Shown here: positions 43,865-57,570 of the stretch, piece after piece | How positions within the stretch are numbered: the stretch's first letter is position 1 | Layout: each line of letters begins with the position of its first letter | Sequence record: MN101225.1 | Source: Klebsiella phage KMI11 | Length of the DNA stretch: 64,000 bases | Reading direction: 5' to 3' (one strand) | The notes under the pieces: generated by a model | The model's input: the letters and a program-made list of their open reading frames with translations, nothing else | The model's database searches: none | Told to the model about the DNA's origin: nothing | Position numbers and translations under genes: made by a program

Positions 43865-44289
43865 TAACTTAGCCCCAGAGCCTGACGGCGTTTAAGTGCT
43901 TTCTTACGTTTACGTAATCCACGAGTTTGAGCCGATGGATTAGCACGTTTTGATTTTACTGCTTTACGCGCGATTTGACGGCGTTTAGCTTTAGAAAGTC
44001 CAGTTGTTTGGAACGCGTTACGCTCACGTGTTTTACGATCCTTAGTACGTGTAATAGTACCTTTAGAATCAACATGTTTAACGATAAATTCATTTAGTTG
44101 TAGAGATTCATTGATTGAACCTAAAGCAATTGCTAAATCAGGCTCAGAAACAACAAGATTCTCTACAATTTTATTTATATCATCTTTAGAGAGCGCTGCG
44201 GACAACTTATCAAAACGTGCCTGGGCTTCAGGAAGAAGAGCTTCGACAGTGTCGATAACTAATTCATGATTTTCAGGCAGTATAAGCAT
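43864..44289 (-). CDS. 68: gp68 prohead core protein
   Basis: 141 aa (T4 141 aa), basic C-terminus. Confidence 0.8.
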   Translation of the reverse strand: MLILPENHELVIDTVEALLPEAQARFDKLSAALSKDDINKIVENLVVSEPDLAIALGSINESLQLNEFIVKHVDSKGTITRTKDRKTRERNAFQTTGLSKAKRRQIARKAVKSKRANPSAQTRGLRKRKKALKRRQALGLS

Positions 44290-44513
44290 TACTCGTCCTC
44301 TTCGTCGTCTTCGTCTTTATCAGACTTATCTTCGTCTTCGTCGTCTTCATCTTCGTCCTCATCGGGCTCTTCACCCTCAATCATGACAGACGCTGCGATA
44401 ATTTTTTTGCGCTCTTCAATTAAACCAGATGTCCGTTCAGCCATAATTGCACCAAAAGCTTTTTTGGCTGCTACGAGGTCTCTGGATTCAATTGCGGAAA
44501 TATAATTTTCCAT
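44289..44513 (-). CDS. 67: gp67 prohead core protein (acidic)
   Basis: 74 aa with a poly-Asp/Glu tail. Confidence 0.75.
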   Translation of the reverse strand: MENYISAIESRDLVAAKKAFGAIMAERTSGLIEERKKIIAASVMIEGEEPDEDEDEDDEDEDKSDKDEDDEEDE

Positions 44514-46081
44514 TAGAAATCCTCTTCATTTTCTTGGTCTTGGAAGCGAGCCTCTTTAGACTCTAATTCAATTTGCTTGGCTTCTTGTTCAATTTCTTCA
44601 TCTGACATCTGAAGGAAATCTTTCATTGCTGTCTTATGAGAAATATACTTGCCGATAAACTGTTCAGCCATTGTGAGCATATTGATTCTACGCTCCATAA
44701 CTTCAGCATCTTTCAACTCGGTGAAATATGAATCTTTATGGAACACAATCTTAATATTATTTATTTCGTCTTCCCACTCATCTTTAGACAAAACTTTTTT
44801 AAGAATTAGATTAGTGCGAAGTGGATCAAGCATAATCTCTTCAAATTTATGCTGTAATCTACGAATAAATTTGGCAAAATCAAGTTCATCACGTGTGATT
44901 GATGTACCAGCATCAAACTGCACACCACCTTGATTATTTGCATCTGGCATGCGCGAAAGAGGAACTCGCAATGCCATGTATAACGCTGTTCTAAAGTAAC
45001 GGACGTCATCCATATCACTCATACCGGACATACCAGGAAGAGTATCTACTTCAGTAACTGCTTTACCATCTCTACGCTGCAACCAATAGTCTTCTGTCAT
45101 TGACATATTATGTTGCTGATTTTTAATCTTACCGGTTGATGCATCATATACAACGCGATTTTTCATCGTGTTCATAATATGTTGCATATGAGCTGCCGCT
45201 TTACGAGAAGGCATATTACCAGTGTCAATGTAAAACACACGACGGTCAGGAGCACGAGTAATACGATAAATTACCAACGCATCTTCTAATAGCTTTAACT
45301 GGTTGGCGGGTTTAACGGCTCGGTGTAAATAACCGATGATGTTTTGACCTGAACAATCAACTAGTCCAGAATGTGCATATACGATAGCATCGCGTGGAAT
45401 TTTAATTTTCGTTCCGGCGGAATATAATCTGCCATCTGCGTAATAACTTTCTTTGCCAGTATCGTAAATGAAATACTCTTTGTACCCCTTAACGATTTTA
45501 GTACCAGCGTCATCAGCGGTAACGATTTCACGGATGAATTGTAAGTTGCGCGGGTCAAGACGTCTCAGTTCCTGAATTCCGTCTTTCATTTTCTTTGTGT
45601 TGACGATTTTATGGAAGAATATTCTTGAGTCAACATACCAACGGCGGAAATGGTCGGCTCCTTTTCGCTCGAAATTAAGGCATGTTAAAACTATATTAAA
45701 TTCTTCAAGAATGCGGTCTTTAATTGCTTGACTGAAGTCGGTAGAATCTAAATCAAGAGAAACTACTGGATGACCGTCTTCGTATACAACTGCGTCAGAA
45801 ACTATTTCTTCAACAGCATTGTCAACTTCGTAGTTATTCATTAAACTACGATAAGTGTTGATTAAATCAGCAGTTGTTTTCATTCCAGGTTCATTGGAAC
45901 CAAACATCATTTGGTTGAATGAATTGTACTGGATTTCGTTTTCGTTTGATTCAACTTCACGAGCTCCATCATCAAATTTTGGAGCAGTGATTGACTCTAG
46001 GTCATTGTTGATTTGTTGCTTATATTCAGCTTCGTCGCGTTTTTCCCACGGAGCGAATAAGTCCAAAATATGAAAGGCCAT
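44513..46081 (-). CDS. 20: gp20 portal protein
   Basis: 522 aa. ...[19 protein letters not shown]...[94 protein letters not shown] as in T4. Confidence 0.95.
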   Translation of the reverse strand: MAFHILDLFAPWEKRDEAEYKQQINNDLESITAPKFDDGAREVESNENEIQYNSFNQMMFGSNEPGMKTTADLINTYRSLMNNYEVDNAVEEIVSDAVVYEDGHPVVSLDLDSTDFSQAIKDRILEEFNIVLTCLNFERKGADHFRRWYVDSRIFFHKIVNTKKMKDGIQELRRLDPRNLQFIREIVTADDAGTKIVKGYKEYFIYDTGKESYYADGRLYSAGTKIKIPRDAIVYAHSGLVDCSGQNIIGYLHRAVKPANQLKLLEDALVIYRITRAPDRRVFYIDTGNMPSRKAAAHMQHIMNTMKNRVVYDASTGKIKNQQHNMSMTEDYWLQRRDGKAVTEVDTLPGMSGMSDMDDVRYFRTALYMALRVPLSRMPDANNQGGVQFDAGTSITRDELDFAKFIRRLQHKFEEIMLDPLRTNLILKKVLSKDEWEDEINNIKIVFHKDSYFTELKDAEVMERRINMLTMAEQFIGKYISHKTAMKDFLQMSDEEIEQEAKQIELESKEARFQDQENEEDF

Positions 46082-46108
46082 TGGAGTCTCCGAAATTATC
46101 TATAAGTA

Positions 46109-46116
46109 TATTTATA
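46109..46116 (-). promoter_or_regulatory. late promoter TATAAATA for gene 20
   Basis: + strand tatttata, 28 nt upstream. Confidence 0.6.
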
Positions 46117-46185
46117 TCGAAGTTTTGTCAGATATTTAAGCAAATAACTCACAGAACTTCGATACGGGGCCGAAGCCCCATAGCA

Positions 46186-46677
46186 TTATTCCCACCAGTC
46201 GATGGCAAAGGTAGTTTCGAACGTTTCTACCTCATTATTACTGTCCCAGTCCATCTGTACTTCACCAACGTTAGTTGGCCACAGACCGGTAATGGTGTGT
46301 TCATTTGTGATAGTTTTGCCATCACGACTAAACTGGCGTACCGTAGCAACCTTTTTGTAATCGGCTGGAGTCATACCAGAGATATCATTGCCTTGAGCGT
46401 GGGCCTGAGCCTGCCAAGCAATAATTGCCTTACGTACTTCATGTTTATCATCGTTATAGATGGTAACAGTCCAGTCGTCATAAGTACGGTCACCGGCGAC
46501 GTTAATCTTACGGTTCATATACCCGACTGGAACTTTTTCTACGATACCTGCCGGCATCGGTGCTGCTTTACATTTGAAACTGAAGTTACGACCCAGATAA
46601 GGAATTTCTACCTCAAACAGGTTAGGACGCGCAAAGTCACCAGATTCAAACGCACGAGTGATGTCTGTTAATTCCAT
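46186..46677 (-). CDS. 19: gp19 tail tube protein
   Basis: 163 aa. TRAFESGDFARPNLF.VEI.YLG.NF.F.CKA...PAGIVEK.PVG.MNRKINVAGDRT.DDWTVT. T4 gp19 is 163 aa. Confidence 0.95.
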   Translation of the reverse strand: MELTDITRAFESGDFARPNLFEVEIPYLGRNFSFKCKAAPMPAGIVEKVPVGYMNRKINVAGDRTYDDWTVTIYNDDKHEVRKAIIAWQAQAHAQGNDISGMTPADYKKVATVRQFSRDGKTITNEHTITGLWPTNVGEVQMDWDSNNEVETFETTFAIDWWE

Positions 46678-46694
46678 CGTTGTTTCCTATAGAT

Positions 46695-46702
46695 ATTTAT
46701 AT
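46695..46702 (-). promoter_or_regulatory. late promoter TATAAATA for gene 19
   Basis: + strand tatttata. Then SD agga, then ATG. Confidence 0.6.
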
Positions 46703-46803
46703 AGCCTCTCGATTGACTACATCATCGTAGAGGCTATTAAAGTGTGCGGTAATATAATTTATCATCTAAAGGTTAGATGACCCAGAATGTCCTGGGGTTC
46801 ATA

Positions 46804-48777
46804 TTACTGTGGTCCGATTAACTCATCGAAATCTGCACCAGTTGCCGTAGCAACGAAGTTCAGAGTGATATAGTTAATTGAACGTGCCGGCTTGATGTAG
46901 AAGCTCGCTACAAACTCGTTGCGGTCGATAACTGCTGGAGTGTTGTTCGTGGTATCACATACAACTCGGAAGTCATATACACCACCCAGAGCTTTAATAC
47001 CTGCGAGGTATTGGCTGGTTTCCATACGGAAAGAACTACGGGTAAAGTTATCGTTTAATTCAAACAGCTGCCACTTAGAAGAATCACCGATGTTGTTCTT
47101 CAGCATGTTAAACAAGCGACGAACGTTAATTCGGTCAAACGGAGTTGGAACAGTGGTTGCAGTCTTATCACCAAACAGAATGAAACCTTCACCTGTACCT
47201 TGACCAGTCACTGGGTTAATACCTGCTTGGTACATGCGGTCACGATGTGCCTGACGCGGTTCAATTGCCAATTTGATGCAATTTAAAATCTGACCACGAC
47301 GATATCCAGCCGGTGACATCCAAGGCTGAGCAATATCATCAGTACGAGCACACAGGCCTGCAATATCAGCAGCTAACGGAACCCAACGGTTTACGTCGTT
47401 ATATTTATCATACTGATATTTATAGTTACCATCAATTGCCGCGTACGTGGTATTAATGTTCATATTGGCAGAATCATAAGTTCCATCGCCTTGACGCCAG
47501 TCGATTAAATTATCAACAGCACGAGTCAGAGGAATATTTACAATCGTTGACCTTGGAGGCGAAATGAGTGCTAAACAGTCTTGACGCTCATCTGCAATAG
47601 ACGAAACGTGTTTTTGTACTGTGCTTGCGATTTCATCTGTTTCACCGGCACAAGCACCAGCAATCAGAAGGTTTACACGCAATGCTTCACGGTCACCAAA
47701 TAAATCCCAACCTTGAATTAAATCGCCAGCAGTAACTGATTCATTAGCTGAAACCCCACCACCCAGACGAATAACACCGGAAAATCCTTCAGGCCATCCT
47801 TGCGCAGTAGCAAATATATAACGTGAAGAACCTTTGGAGAAATAATCGTCCATAAAGATGTTATTTCCGTAGATGTCTTTATCTTGACGGTTTGTTGATA
47901 ACACCGTTGATTCAACTACCGCGCCATCTCTACGAACAATGATAGCGTACTGAGTATCGGACTGAGGACCATATCCAAATACGGCTTTTGCGGTTGATGC
48001 ACGCTGTCCACCACTCGGATAAATCGTCAGTTGTTCGCCTTTATCAAAAGCGGCTTTTGATACAATTTCAATTTCCAGTTGGTTTCCGAGCTCGCCCGGA
48101 TACGCAGCTACAATTCCAGGCATTTTATATTGCGCAAGCGCAGTCTGGAATTCGGTTTTTGTCATTTCTTCATGGGCAGTTTCATGCTCAGTCAGTAAAA
48201 CTGTAGACTCAGAAATAATTTTACCTAAAGTAATGACAGCGGAAACACCAGAACTCTGTGAAGTAATGGTAGTTGTCCACGAAGACCCTAAATCTGGGTA
48301 CTGATTAATGCTTTTTGCATATGCAATAATCTTCGATGTCGGAATGAACACCGACTTAATTTTTCCGTCACTATCTACTTCAGTAACTGAACCGGTGTCA
48401 TCTACAGTTTGGTCTGCATATTTAACCGTAATTTTATCACCAACTTCATAGTTACTACCAGCAGTAGTGATAGTCCATTCAATATTATCAACCAGCGGAG
48501 ATGCGTTTTTAGCAGCTTCACGGTTAACTACACGGACGGTGCGTAGATCATTACCATATTGCAGAAAGTTCATTGCTGACATAAAGTAATCAGCAGTTTG
48601 GTTATTAGGGCCGCCAAACATATCAACCAGTTCAACTTCATTAGTGATTTGAGTAACTTGATATGCAGGACCCCATTGGAACTTCCCGACAATTGCGGCA
48701 CGACCTGTAGCGTTAAGTACTACCGTGCTCTGTACGCTCGTTTCTTTGAGCTCAATTCCAGGAGAGACTAAAGGCAT
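46804..48777 (-). CDS. 18: gp18 contractile tail sheath
   Basis: 657 aa. M.L.SPGIELKET.VQSTVV (T4 659 aa). Confidence 0.93.
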   Translation of the reverse strand: MPLVSPGIELKETSVQSTVVLNATGRAAIVGKFQWGPAYQVTQITNEVELVDMFGGPNNQTADYFMSAMNFLQYGNDLRTVRVVNREAAKNASPLVDNIEWTITTAGSNYEVGDKITVKYADQTVDDTGSVTEVDSDGKIKSVFIPTSKIIAYAKSINQYPDLGSSWTTTITSQSSGVSAVITLGKIISESTVLLTEHETAHEEMTKTEFQTALAQYKMPGIVAAYPGELGNQLEIEIVSKAAFDKGEQLTIYPSGGQRASTAKAVFGYGPQSDTQYAIIVRRDGAVVESTVLSTNRQDKDIYGNNIFMDDYFSKGSSRYIFATAQGWPEGFSGVIRLGGGVSANESVTAGDLIQGWDLFGDREALRVNLLIAGACAGETDEIASTVQKHVSSIADERQDCLALISPPRSTIVNIPLTRAVDNLIDWRQGDGTYDSANMNINTTYAAIDGNYKYQYDKYNDVNRWVPLAADIAGLCARTDDIAQPWMSPAGYRRGQILNCIKLAIEPRQAHRDRMYQAGINPVTGQGTGEGFILFGDKTATTVPTPFDRINVRRLFNMLKNNIGDSSKWQLFELNDNFTRSSFRMETSQYLAGIKALGGVYDFRVVCDTTNNTPAVIDRNEFVASFYIKPARSINYITLNFVATATGADFDELIGPQ

Positions 48778-48808
48778 GATATATCCTCAATGTTGTTTGC
48801 TTTTTATT

Positions 48809-51132
<2,324 letters not shown>

Positions 51133-51136
<4 letters not shown>

Positions 51137-51957
51137 TTTTCACCTCTCGGTCCAGGAGCCTCCGGATTTACCGGAATAGGAATATCGTGAGAATAAGTTT
51201 GTTTACTAGAACCGTCCCAATTTTCGTGTTGAACATCTCGTGGAGTAACTTCGCTATCCACAGATTCAAAGTTTCCTTCTGGTGTTAATTCTTTACTATT
51301 AGCGAAGAAATCCAAATAAATGGTTCTAATTTCGCCGTCAACCTCGGCAACAGGAGGATATAGCCATCCGTTGACTTCAAACATCAATGACCATTCTAAT
51401 CTACGACGAGTAATATTATCTCCGTCAACAGCTTCATCCTGAGAAAATGATTGTAATACAATTCTAACATCACGGTTAAAGCTCGTGTCTTTGTCGTAAA
51501 GTTCAGTTATAGTCGTGTTAAAATGCGGCTGAAAATAAGGAACGATTTGCTCGATGATTTGATACATATCATCTTGGTTCCGTGTATAAATCCCCAACTC
51601 AAAAATCATCTTAATCGGAGTAGGATTATACTGAGATGTAATTTTTGAAGGGGTTTTATATGATTTGGTTCTGTTTAATTGTGATGTTTTATACATCGCG
51701 TTGTATTGCATATCAACCAAGTGCAAATTCATTCTTGGCAAAACAGTTTCTATTTTTGCTTTATTCTCGGTAGACTGAATAGCAGTCCATTTTCCGAGTT
51801 GAGAAAGGAACTTTTCCTTTGAAGCGTAAGTGATAGGTACTTTAATATATTTTAGTCCAGTGTCTTCACGCCAGCGTGCGATTTGTATATGAGAAAACAA
51901 GTCTCCCATCAGCACGATGTATCGGCGTAAGGACGAATTATACCAATGTCCAAACAT
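51133..51957 (-). CDS. 15: gp15 tail sheath stabiliser/terminator. Start moved to the second Met; the upstream part of the track ORF is an intergenic hairpin.
   Basis: 274 aa from MFGHWYNSS (T4: MFGYFYNSS, 272 aa). SD aggag. The track's extra 10 codons MGPLGPLGEI encode the palindrome gggacctttgggtccc. Confidence 0.85.
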
Positions 51958-51998
51958 GATTTCTCCTAAGGGACCCAAAGGTCCCATCTTTATTTTAT

Positions 51999-52775
51999 TT
52001 ATTCGAAGAACCCGTCATCAAACGAATCTGCTTTAGGAGGAGACTCAAGTCCTCTTCCGTTATTAACATAATACGGATGAACATATTCAGCGGCTTCTTT
52101 ATTGATTGCGTCGCTTTCTGCGTATTGCACGTCAGAAATATCAGCAAGAGAATCAATGTTTTTGATTGGTTCTAAATCAAGCTCAGAAAATTCAGGAATA
52201 TTAATGCCTTCATTACGTTGCAATTCTGGCTGAAGCTGCTCACCAGAATAAATGTATTTCTGCGCAGTAATCTTGCGCTGAACATTTTGACCTAACTGAT
52301 AAAATGGATCGTATGGCTGAACCCAGTTAATTTCGAATAATGAGTTATCCATAGGAAAATAAATTAGGTCACCGGCTTTTGGTTCAGAATTATTAGTTTG
52401 ATGCTTGAATAAATTAGGATTAATAGTCAGATTGACTTCATCATTAACCATCATACCAAACTTACTAAAGAATGTATTATCACCAGAATAACCGTCAAAG
52501 GAATCTAAGTAAGCTGCAAATTTCCAAGCCTTGGTGAATTTACTTGATGGGTCTTCTCCAAAAAGCAAATCTGGGTTGTTGTATTCACGAGGAAGGAAAT
52601 AAAACTCAATTCCTCTCATTTGAATAGCCTCAGCTGATAAAACATCTGCCAGGGTTTGGCTATTTCTGTGATTATAAAAATTCACATAAGGATTGAGAAT
52701 TTCGGTTTCATTAGTTTTATTGTATCCTCGATAATCTTCGAGTTTAGCGAAGAGCCTAGAATCAAATGTAGTCAT
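51999..52775 (-). CDS. 14: gp14 neck protein
   Basis: 258 aa. M.T.D..LFAKLE...[15 protein letters not shown] colinear with T4 gp14. Confidence 0.9.
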   Translation of the reverse strand: MTTFDSRLFAKLEDYRGYNKTNETEILNPYVNFYNHRNSQTLADVLSAEAIQMRGIEFYFLPREYNNPDLLFGEDPSSKFTKAWKFAAYLDSFDGYSGDNTFFSKFGMMVNDEVNLTINPNLFKHQTNNSEPKAGDLIYFPMDNSLFEINWVQPYDPFYQLGQNVQRKITAQKYIYSGEQLQPELQRNEGINIPEFSELDLEPIKNIDSLADISDVQYAESDAINKEAAEYVHPYYVNNGRGLESPPKADSFDDGFFE

Positions 52776-52778
52776 CTT

Positions 52779-53720
52779 TTACCCCAACAGAATAGGACAA
52801 CCCGGGTCAAGTAAATCAAGTTCCTCTCGGAGCTTCTCGATTTCTTCTTGGGCCTCTACTTTAAGTGTTTGACCATCAACTGTAACGCCGCCGGCTAATT
52901 GTAGCCCTTGGTGTTTAAACAGAATTTCACCCCACAATTTTTTAGTCAGTGCTGTAGCATAATCTTTTACCCAACGATTATTATAAGCACCTTCTCTATT
53001 TGTATTACCTTCACCTGCATATTGGCCGTTATTGCGAAGGTTAGGATTCTGATACCTATCTCCTAAGCCCCAATGGTCGGAAGTTTGTTCACCAGCGAAG
53101 CCGTAACCTGCCGTATTGCCTACCATCACATCTGTATTCATAAATGATTTGGTCCAGCATTCACAGACAATGATGTCTCCCTTCATGAAGTTGCCCATTA
53201 CTTTAAGCATTTCATTATCAGAGTTATACCAATAGTCTGGAAGTGGGGCAAGCAAATCCTGCATCATTGACCAATAAGTCATTAATTGAGTAAAATAGCC
53301 CAGGTCAGCACCGAAAGCGTTTGGTCCATAACTCTTATTACAGCTTGACCCCATTCCGCCATTAATTCCGGCCATTCCCATTAAAAAGTCAGTAAACCAC
53401 GGATAGGTAGCATTACCATCCATTGAAGTTAATGAACCTACATTTGTTCTAACGATTTGAGTGACAGCAAATACATTACGACCACGCAAATCAAACACAC
53501 CATTTAAAAATCTTGCGTTGTCAGCTTCATCTTTTCCAATATAAAAAACTTGATAGCCTTTATTCAATCCGTTAAAGTGGTATTCACCATACAACTCTAA
53601 TGCTCGTTGAATACAATCATAAATTTGGTCTTCAGTTACTTCGACATTAATTACCGGCGCTCCTAGACGTCGAAGTATAGCGTCTTTAAGCGTTTTTGGG
53701 TTGTATGTGTTGTATGACAT
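52779..53720 (-). CDS. 13: gp13 neck protein
   Basis: 313 aa. ...[40 protein letters not shown] as in T4 gp13. Confidence 0.92.
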   Translation of the reverse strand: MSYNTYNPKTLKDAILRRLGAPVINVEVTEDQIYDCIQRALELYGEYHFNGLNKGYQVFYIGKDEADNARFLNGVFDLRGRNVFAVTQIVRTNVGSLTSMDGNATYPWFTDFLMGMAGINGGMGSSCNKSYGPNAFGADLGYFTQLMTYWSMMQDLLAPLPDYWYNSDNEMLKVMGNFMKGDIIVCECWTKSFMNTDVMVGNTAGYGFAGEQTSDHWGLGDRYQNPNLRNNGQYAGEGNTNREGAYNNRWVKDYATALTKKLWGEILFKHQGLQLAGGVTVDGQTLKVEAQEEIEKLREELDLLDPGCPILLG

Positions 53721-53740
53721 ATAAGCTCCTCTTTATATTC

Positions 53741-53748
53741 TATTTATA
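53741..53748 (-). promoter_or_regulatory. late promoter TATAAATA for gene 13
   Basis: + strand tatttata, 21 nt upstream of the gene 13 start. Confidence 0.6.
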
Positions 53749-53755
53749 CGAAAAA

Positions 53756-53771
53756 GGGACCCGAAGGTCCC
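53756..53771 (-). terminator. terminator hairpin after wac
   Basis: - strand gggacc-ttcg-ggtccc followed by tttttcg. Confidence 0.75.
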
Positions 53772-53776
53772 TTTCA

Positions 53777-55543
53777 TTATACTGCTGGATGAATAGTAAT
53801 ATCCAATGATTTAATACTAACAGGAACTTTTGATTCTTCTGAAGCAGCTCTATACACAATTTTGATTGCATCGCCAGACGAAAACTTAATAAGTTTCTTG
53901 GTTTTCAACAGTTTCTCGCCGGTTACTGCTTTAACACCTAGGCTATAAGTAAACACCTCAATGTTATTGACGAGAATAACAATTTGGACGGCTTTATCTG
54001 AATCAGAAGCTTCGATAACTGTATCAGTTTCTACACAAAATACGCCATCGTCATCAACAATAATATCATCAACAATACGAATGCCAGCATTAAATGAAGC
54101 AGCGACCAATGAGTTAGGATTTACCAATGCATCAGAACTTAAATCAACAGTGAAATCTTCTTTACTGAATTCACCTATTGATGAAGGCTTCTTAAACCAT
54201 TCGCCCCGTTTACGGAGGTATGCTCCATCTTGTTCTACGTCAGTAACTGCAGTAACAAATTTATCCTGTAATTCTACTACAGTGGCATACACACCATCCC
54301 GCTGAACCGGATTTTCTGATGAAAAATCACCGTTCATTTGAGTCTGCAATGTAAATACAGAACCCTTTAGGCCTTCACTGTTATTACCAAGTTCTACTTG
54401 AATGTCCTGGATAGCAGACTGCTGAGAGTTTTGCATCCCTTCAACATTGGTCATTCTCGCTAAAATTGACCCCGGAGGAATCGGCTGTCCGCCAGGAACA
54501 ATACCAACTTGCTGATTTATCCATGCTACTTGACCCTGAAGCCCTGATGAAGTATCACGTCCTACAACATCAGAAATGTATCCTTGGTCAGTTGAAAGAG
54601 AACTAATTTTTCCTTCAATAGTATCAGGCTTATCAGAAGACCCCAAACGAGCATCAATATTATTGACACGAGGAACTAACCCGGTTTGTGCAGAGTTAAG
54701 TGTTGCGTCAACTATACGATAATCGTTTTCTAATTTAGTAGTACGAGCTCCAATTTTTACCGGATTGGTAAAATCAATGGCCTGGTTAATAGCAAAGATT
54801 TCATTATTAGCTGCGGAAATAGCATCAGCGTTATTCACAAGCCTTGCATAAATTGAAGCTGACGTAGCTCCGGATTTAGGACCAACTTCTTTACGCAGGT
54901 CATTTACTTCAATAGTCAGAGAACCTACGTCTGAATCATTATATGCATCCTCTAGCGCTTGAATACGCTCGTCATGTTTTACTATAGCTGACGCGTTATT
55001 AATGATTCGGTATTTCATACCAGAACCTGGAGCGTCTTGCTTAGGCTGTCCGTTAACATCTTGCCCAGGATATGCCCCAATTTCCCGTTTAACCCAAACT
55101 ATATTATCACGAACTGTTCTGTAATAGTCATCTTTACTAGAATCATAAACACCTACATCCTCTTCGAGAAAATCAAGGTCAGTTCGAAGTTTTTCGGTGT
55201 CTTCTTCTAATTTAAGAATTTGTCCATCATGCTTTTCAATATTCTTTTTATTGATATAAACCTGCTCAATGGCGTCAGAAGAACCTGTAATTTCTAACGA
55301 TTTTTTGATTTGGTCTACATCTACTTGAATATTTTCTACAGCAGTTCCAACGTTGTTCAAATCGTTATGTACCTGAACCACATTTTTCTGAATCTGCACA
55401 GAAGCTCTATTCAGTTCTCCATCATTTCCATAGCGGGTTGAAGCCCCATTAAGAGGCTCTGTATTTTTTATCCAGTTAATTCTCTGTTGAAAATCGTCTG
55501 GAATTCCGTCTACAAACGGAAGCGAATCTACTAGTTTGGTCAT
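53777..55543 (-). CDS. wac: fibritin (whisker antigen control), about 100 aa longer than in T4
   Basis: 588 aa. Long heptad-rich coiled coil ending in the foldon-like ...GEW...KDG.WV. Position between 13 and 12. Confidence 0.8.
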   Translation of the reverse strand: MTKLVDSLPFVDGIPDDFQQRINWIKNTEPLNGASTRYGNDGELNRASVQIQKNVVQVHNDLNNVGTAVENIQVDVDQIKKSLEITGSSDAIEQVYINKKNIEKHDGQILKLEEDTEKLRTDLDFLEEDVGVYDSSKDDYYRTVRDNIVWVKREIGAYPGQDVNGQPKQDAPGSGMKYRIINNASAIVKHDERIQALEDAYNDSDVGSLTIEVNDLRKEVGPKSGATSASIYARLVNNADAISAANNEIFAINQAIDFTNPVKIGARTTKLENDYRIVDATLNSAQTGLVPRVNNIDARLGSSDKPDTIEGKISSLSTDQGYISDVVGRDTSSGLQGQVAWINQQVGIVPGGQPIPPGSILARMTNVEGMQNSQQSAIQDIQVELGNNSEGLKGSVFTLQTQMNGDFSSENPVQRDGVYATVVELQDKFVTAVTDVEQDGAYLRKRGEWFKKPSSIGEFSKEDFTVDLSSDALVNPNSLVAASFNAGIRIVDDIIVDDDGVFCVETDTVIEASDSDKAVQIVILVNNIEVFTYSLGVKAVTGEKLLKTKKLIKFSSGDAIKIVYRAASEESKVPVSIKSLDITIHPAV

Positions 55544-55551
55544 ATTATTCC

Positions 55552-56898
55552 TTACGGTCTATTTGTACAGAATGTAAGCATGCAGTCATAAAATATAATA
55601 CGACTGTCTTCTGTTGGTCTTATTTGAACAGTGGCATTTGGAGGAATGTTATTGAAGAAAAAGTTGCTAGATGCGTAAGCTTCAAATCTCCATGAATGAC
55701 CATTTCGTCCGCCTTTAGTATTTTCGATGTTAAGAGTAAGTTCACCGCCCCATTGGGAACCGTTAACTATTAAAACAAATTTGAAAATACGATTGTCATA
55801 TCCGTCGTTGTTACGCTCAAATTTTACATTAACATTTAGAGCTAATCTACTAGAAGCTTCCCATGGTGCATTACATGTAAACGTTGCACCTCGACTAATC
55901 CAAGATTGTCCTTCAACCCAAGTAACATTACCTACTCTGGTTCCAGCTGGCATGTAACGCCCGTCAGATTCTTGTCTTGTATAACAATTAATATCATTAT
56001 TAGTAATTGTTATGTCATTGTCAAGAGTTTTTCCGTTTATTCTACGGGTTTTAAAAACAGCATCTGTTGCCGCAGCTGCCAGTGAAGCATCAGTAGTTGG
56101 AGAACCTGATAATCTGGTTAATCCATATTTATCCTTGGTGGATTTTAGCGCTTGAAGACTTTTTGGAGTAACAGCCAAATTGTTAGAAGTAGCTGAAGCC
56201 ACATCTGAGTCTTTAGCAAATTTTACTATACCAAATACACTGTCAGACGCTTTTGATGCCATGAAGGTTTTTGGAGTTACTGCGTATCCATCGTGAACAG
56301 CACCTGCTGCTACCTGGGCTTGGGTTGCGACACGAACTAATCCCAAGTTGCTTTCTGTCGCAGAGGTATAACTAGGAGGACTGACACTGAACTTTCCAAT
56401 CATTTCTACAACACGCTTAGGAGTTACTGCGGTAGTTTCGTCAGTTCCTGCTTGTGCTTGAGCCGCAGTAGTTAACCTAACAGTTCCATCTACGTTTTCT
56501 TGGGCTTTCACAGTTTTAAACACATGACCGAGAGCCGCCGCGGTAATAGTTCTATTTCCTGCAGTTAATGCTGCGGCTTCAGTATTAGTAGCATACCGTG
56601 TTAAGCCAAGAATTGCTGTAGTTGCTTCAGGACGGGTAACTGTGGATTTTAATGTAGCAGGAGTTACCGCAGCATTACCAATAGTTCCAGCATCAACTTC
56701 AGCCTGTGTTGCTGTGCGAATTACACCGGCTACTGTAGGAGATGCTACAGGTAATCCAGTATCAGTTCTTGCCCAGCTTCCAATCAGCGCTAGCGCTGAT
56801 TGGACGTCTTTTGTAGCAACTGGCCATTGTGTATTTGTTGGGTCAAATATCGTATATTTGGCCAAATCACTGTAGTGATTATAGTTATTCTGGGCCAT
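55552..56898 (-). CDS. 12: gp12 short tail fibre
   Basis: 448 aa (T4 527 aa). Ala/Thr-rich repeats, C-terminal receptor-binding domain. Synteny. Confidence 0.8.
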   Translation of the reverse strand: MAQNNYNHYSDLAKYTIFDPTNTQWPVATKDVQSALALIGSWARTDTGLPVASPTVAGVIRTATQAEVDAGTIGNAAVTPATLKSTVTRPEATTAILGLTRYATNTEAAALTAGNRTITAAALGHVFKTVKAQENVDGTVRLTTAAQAQAGTDETTAVTPKRVVEMIGKFSVSPPSYTSATESNLGLVRVATQAQVAAGAVHDGYAVTPKTFMASKASDSVFGIVKFAKDSDVASATSNNLAVTPKSLQALKSTKDKYGLTRLSGSPTTDASLAAAATDAVFKTRRINGKTLDNDITITNNDINCYTRQESDGRYMPAGTRVGNVTWVEGQSWISRGATFTCNAPWEASSRLALNVNVKFERNNDGYDNRIFKFVLIVNGSQWGGELTLNIENTKGGRNGHSWRFEAYASSNFFFNNIPPNATVQIRPTEDSRIIFYDCMLTFCTNRP

Positions 56899-57569
56899 TA
56901 TCCCATCCTTCTAAAATAGTGGAATGTAAATGTGTTTGCACCGAAGGTTTTAGTTTCGTTACCAATAGCGTCCCATTGTCCATAACCCGCTTTAGCAGGT
57001 GAAGTAACAGTAAACTCAACAGTTAAACCATATTTTTTATATGTTTCAAAATTATGGTTCTGATAATCCAGATGAATAATATCAACATACTGAGGAGTTG
57101 CAGGTGATTGAGTAACCTGTTGAACCACCTTTCCAACAGCTTCTAATTCTTTTACCTTATCATACCACCTGGTAGCTACAGCTGCGAAGTCATCACCATT
57201 CGCAATTCTAATCGGCAATCCGAGAATATGAATTATTACTGGGTCACCATCAGAACCGTCTTCTTTAGGTTCTAACGAAACTACGCCTGAAAAAGTAGCA
57301 CGCGTAATTTGCTGTGCTGGTTGTGGAGATATTCCGGTGTCATTACAAATAATAGTTCCAATTTCTGCTGACTGTAATGACATTAAATCATTAATAGCAG
57401 CTTCTGCGTTTGGATACCAAACACCTAAATCCATTTGTTCAAAGGTTAGGCTCCCTATAGGAGCCTTATTTCCCACAGCGATATTCTGCGGGTCTACACG
57501 ATATTCTGAAAAAGCAGTTAATCTTGAATTAACTTTAGCTCCTTCACGAGTTTTAGTTTCAATAGTCAT
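56898..57569 (-). CDS. 11: gp11 baseplate wedge/STF attachment protein
   Basis: 223 aa (T4 219 aa). Synteny. Confidence 0.8.
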   Translation of the reverse strand: MTIETKTREGAKVNSRLTAFSEYRVDPQNIAVGNKAPIGSLTFEQMDLGVWYPNAEAAINDLMSLQSAEIGTIICNDTGISPQPAQQITRATFSGVVSLEPKEDGSDGDPVIIHILGLPIRIANGDDFAAVATRWYDKVKELEAVGKVVQQVTQSPATPQYVDIIHLDYQNHNFETYKKYGLTVEFTVTSPAKAGYGQWDAIGNETKTFGANTFTFHYFRRMG

Positions 57570-57570
57570 T

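Noticed and set aside
44266-44505. 79-aa poly-Ser ORF on the + strand
   Set aside because: It is antisense to the acidic (GAC/GAA-repeat) tail of gp67. Poly-Ser is the mirror image of poly-Asp/Glu codons.
46081-46671. 196-aa + strand ORF
   Set aside because: Antisense to gp19 (tail tube), which matches T4 gp19 nearly residue for residue.
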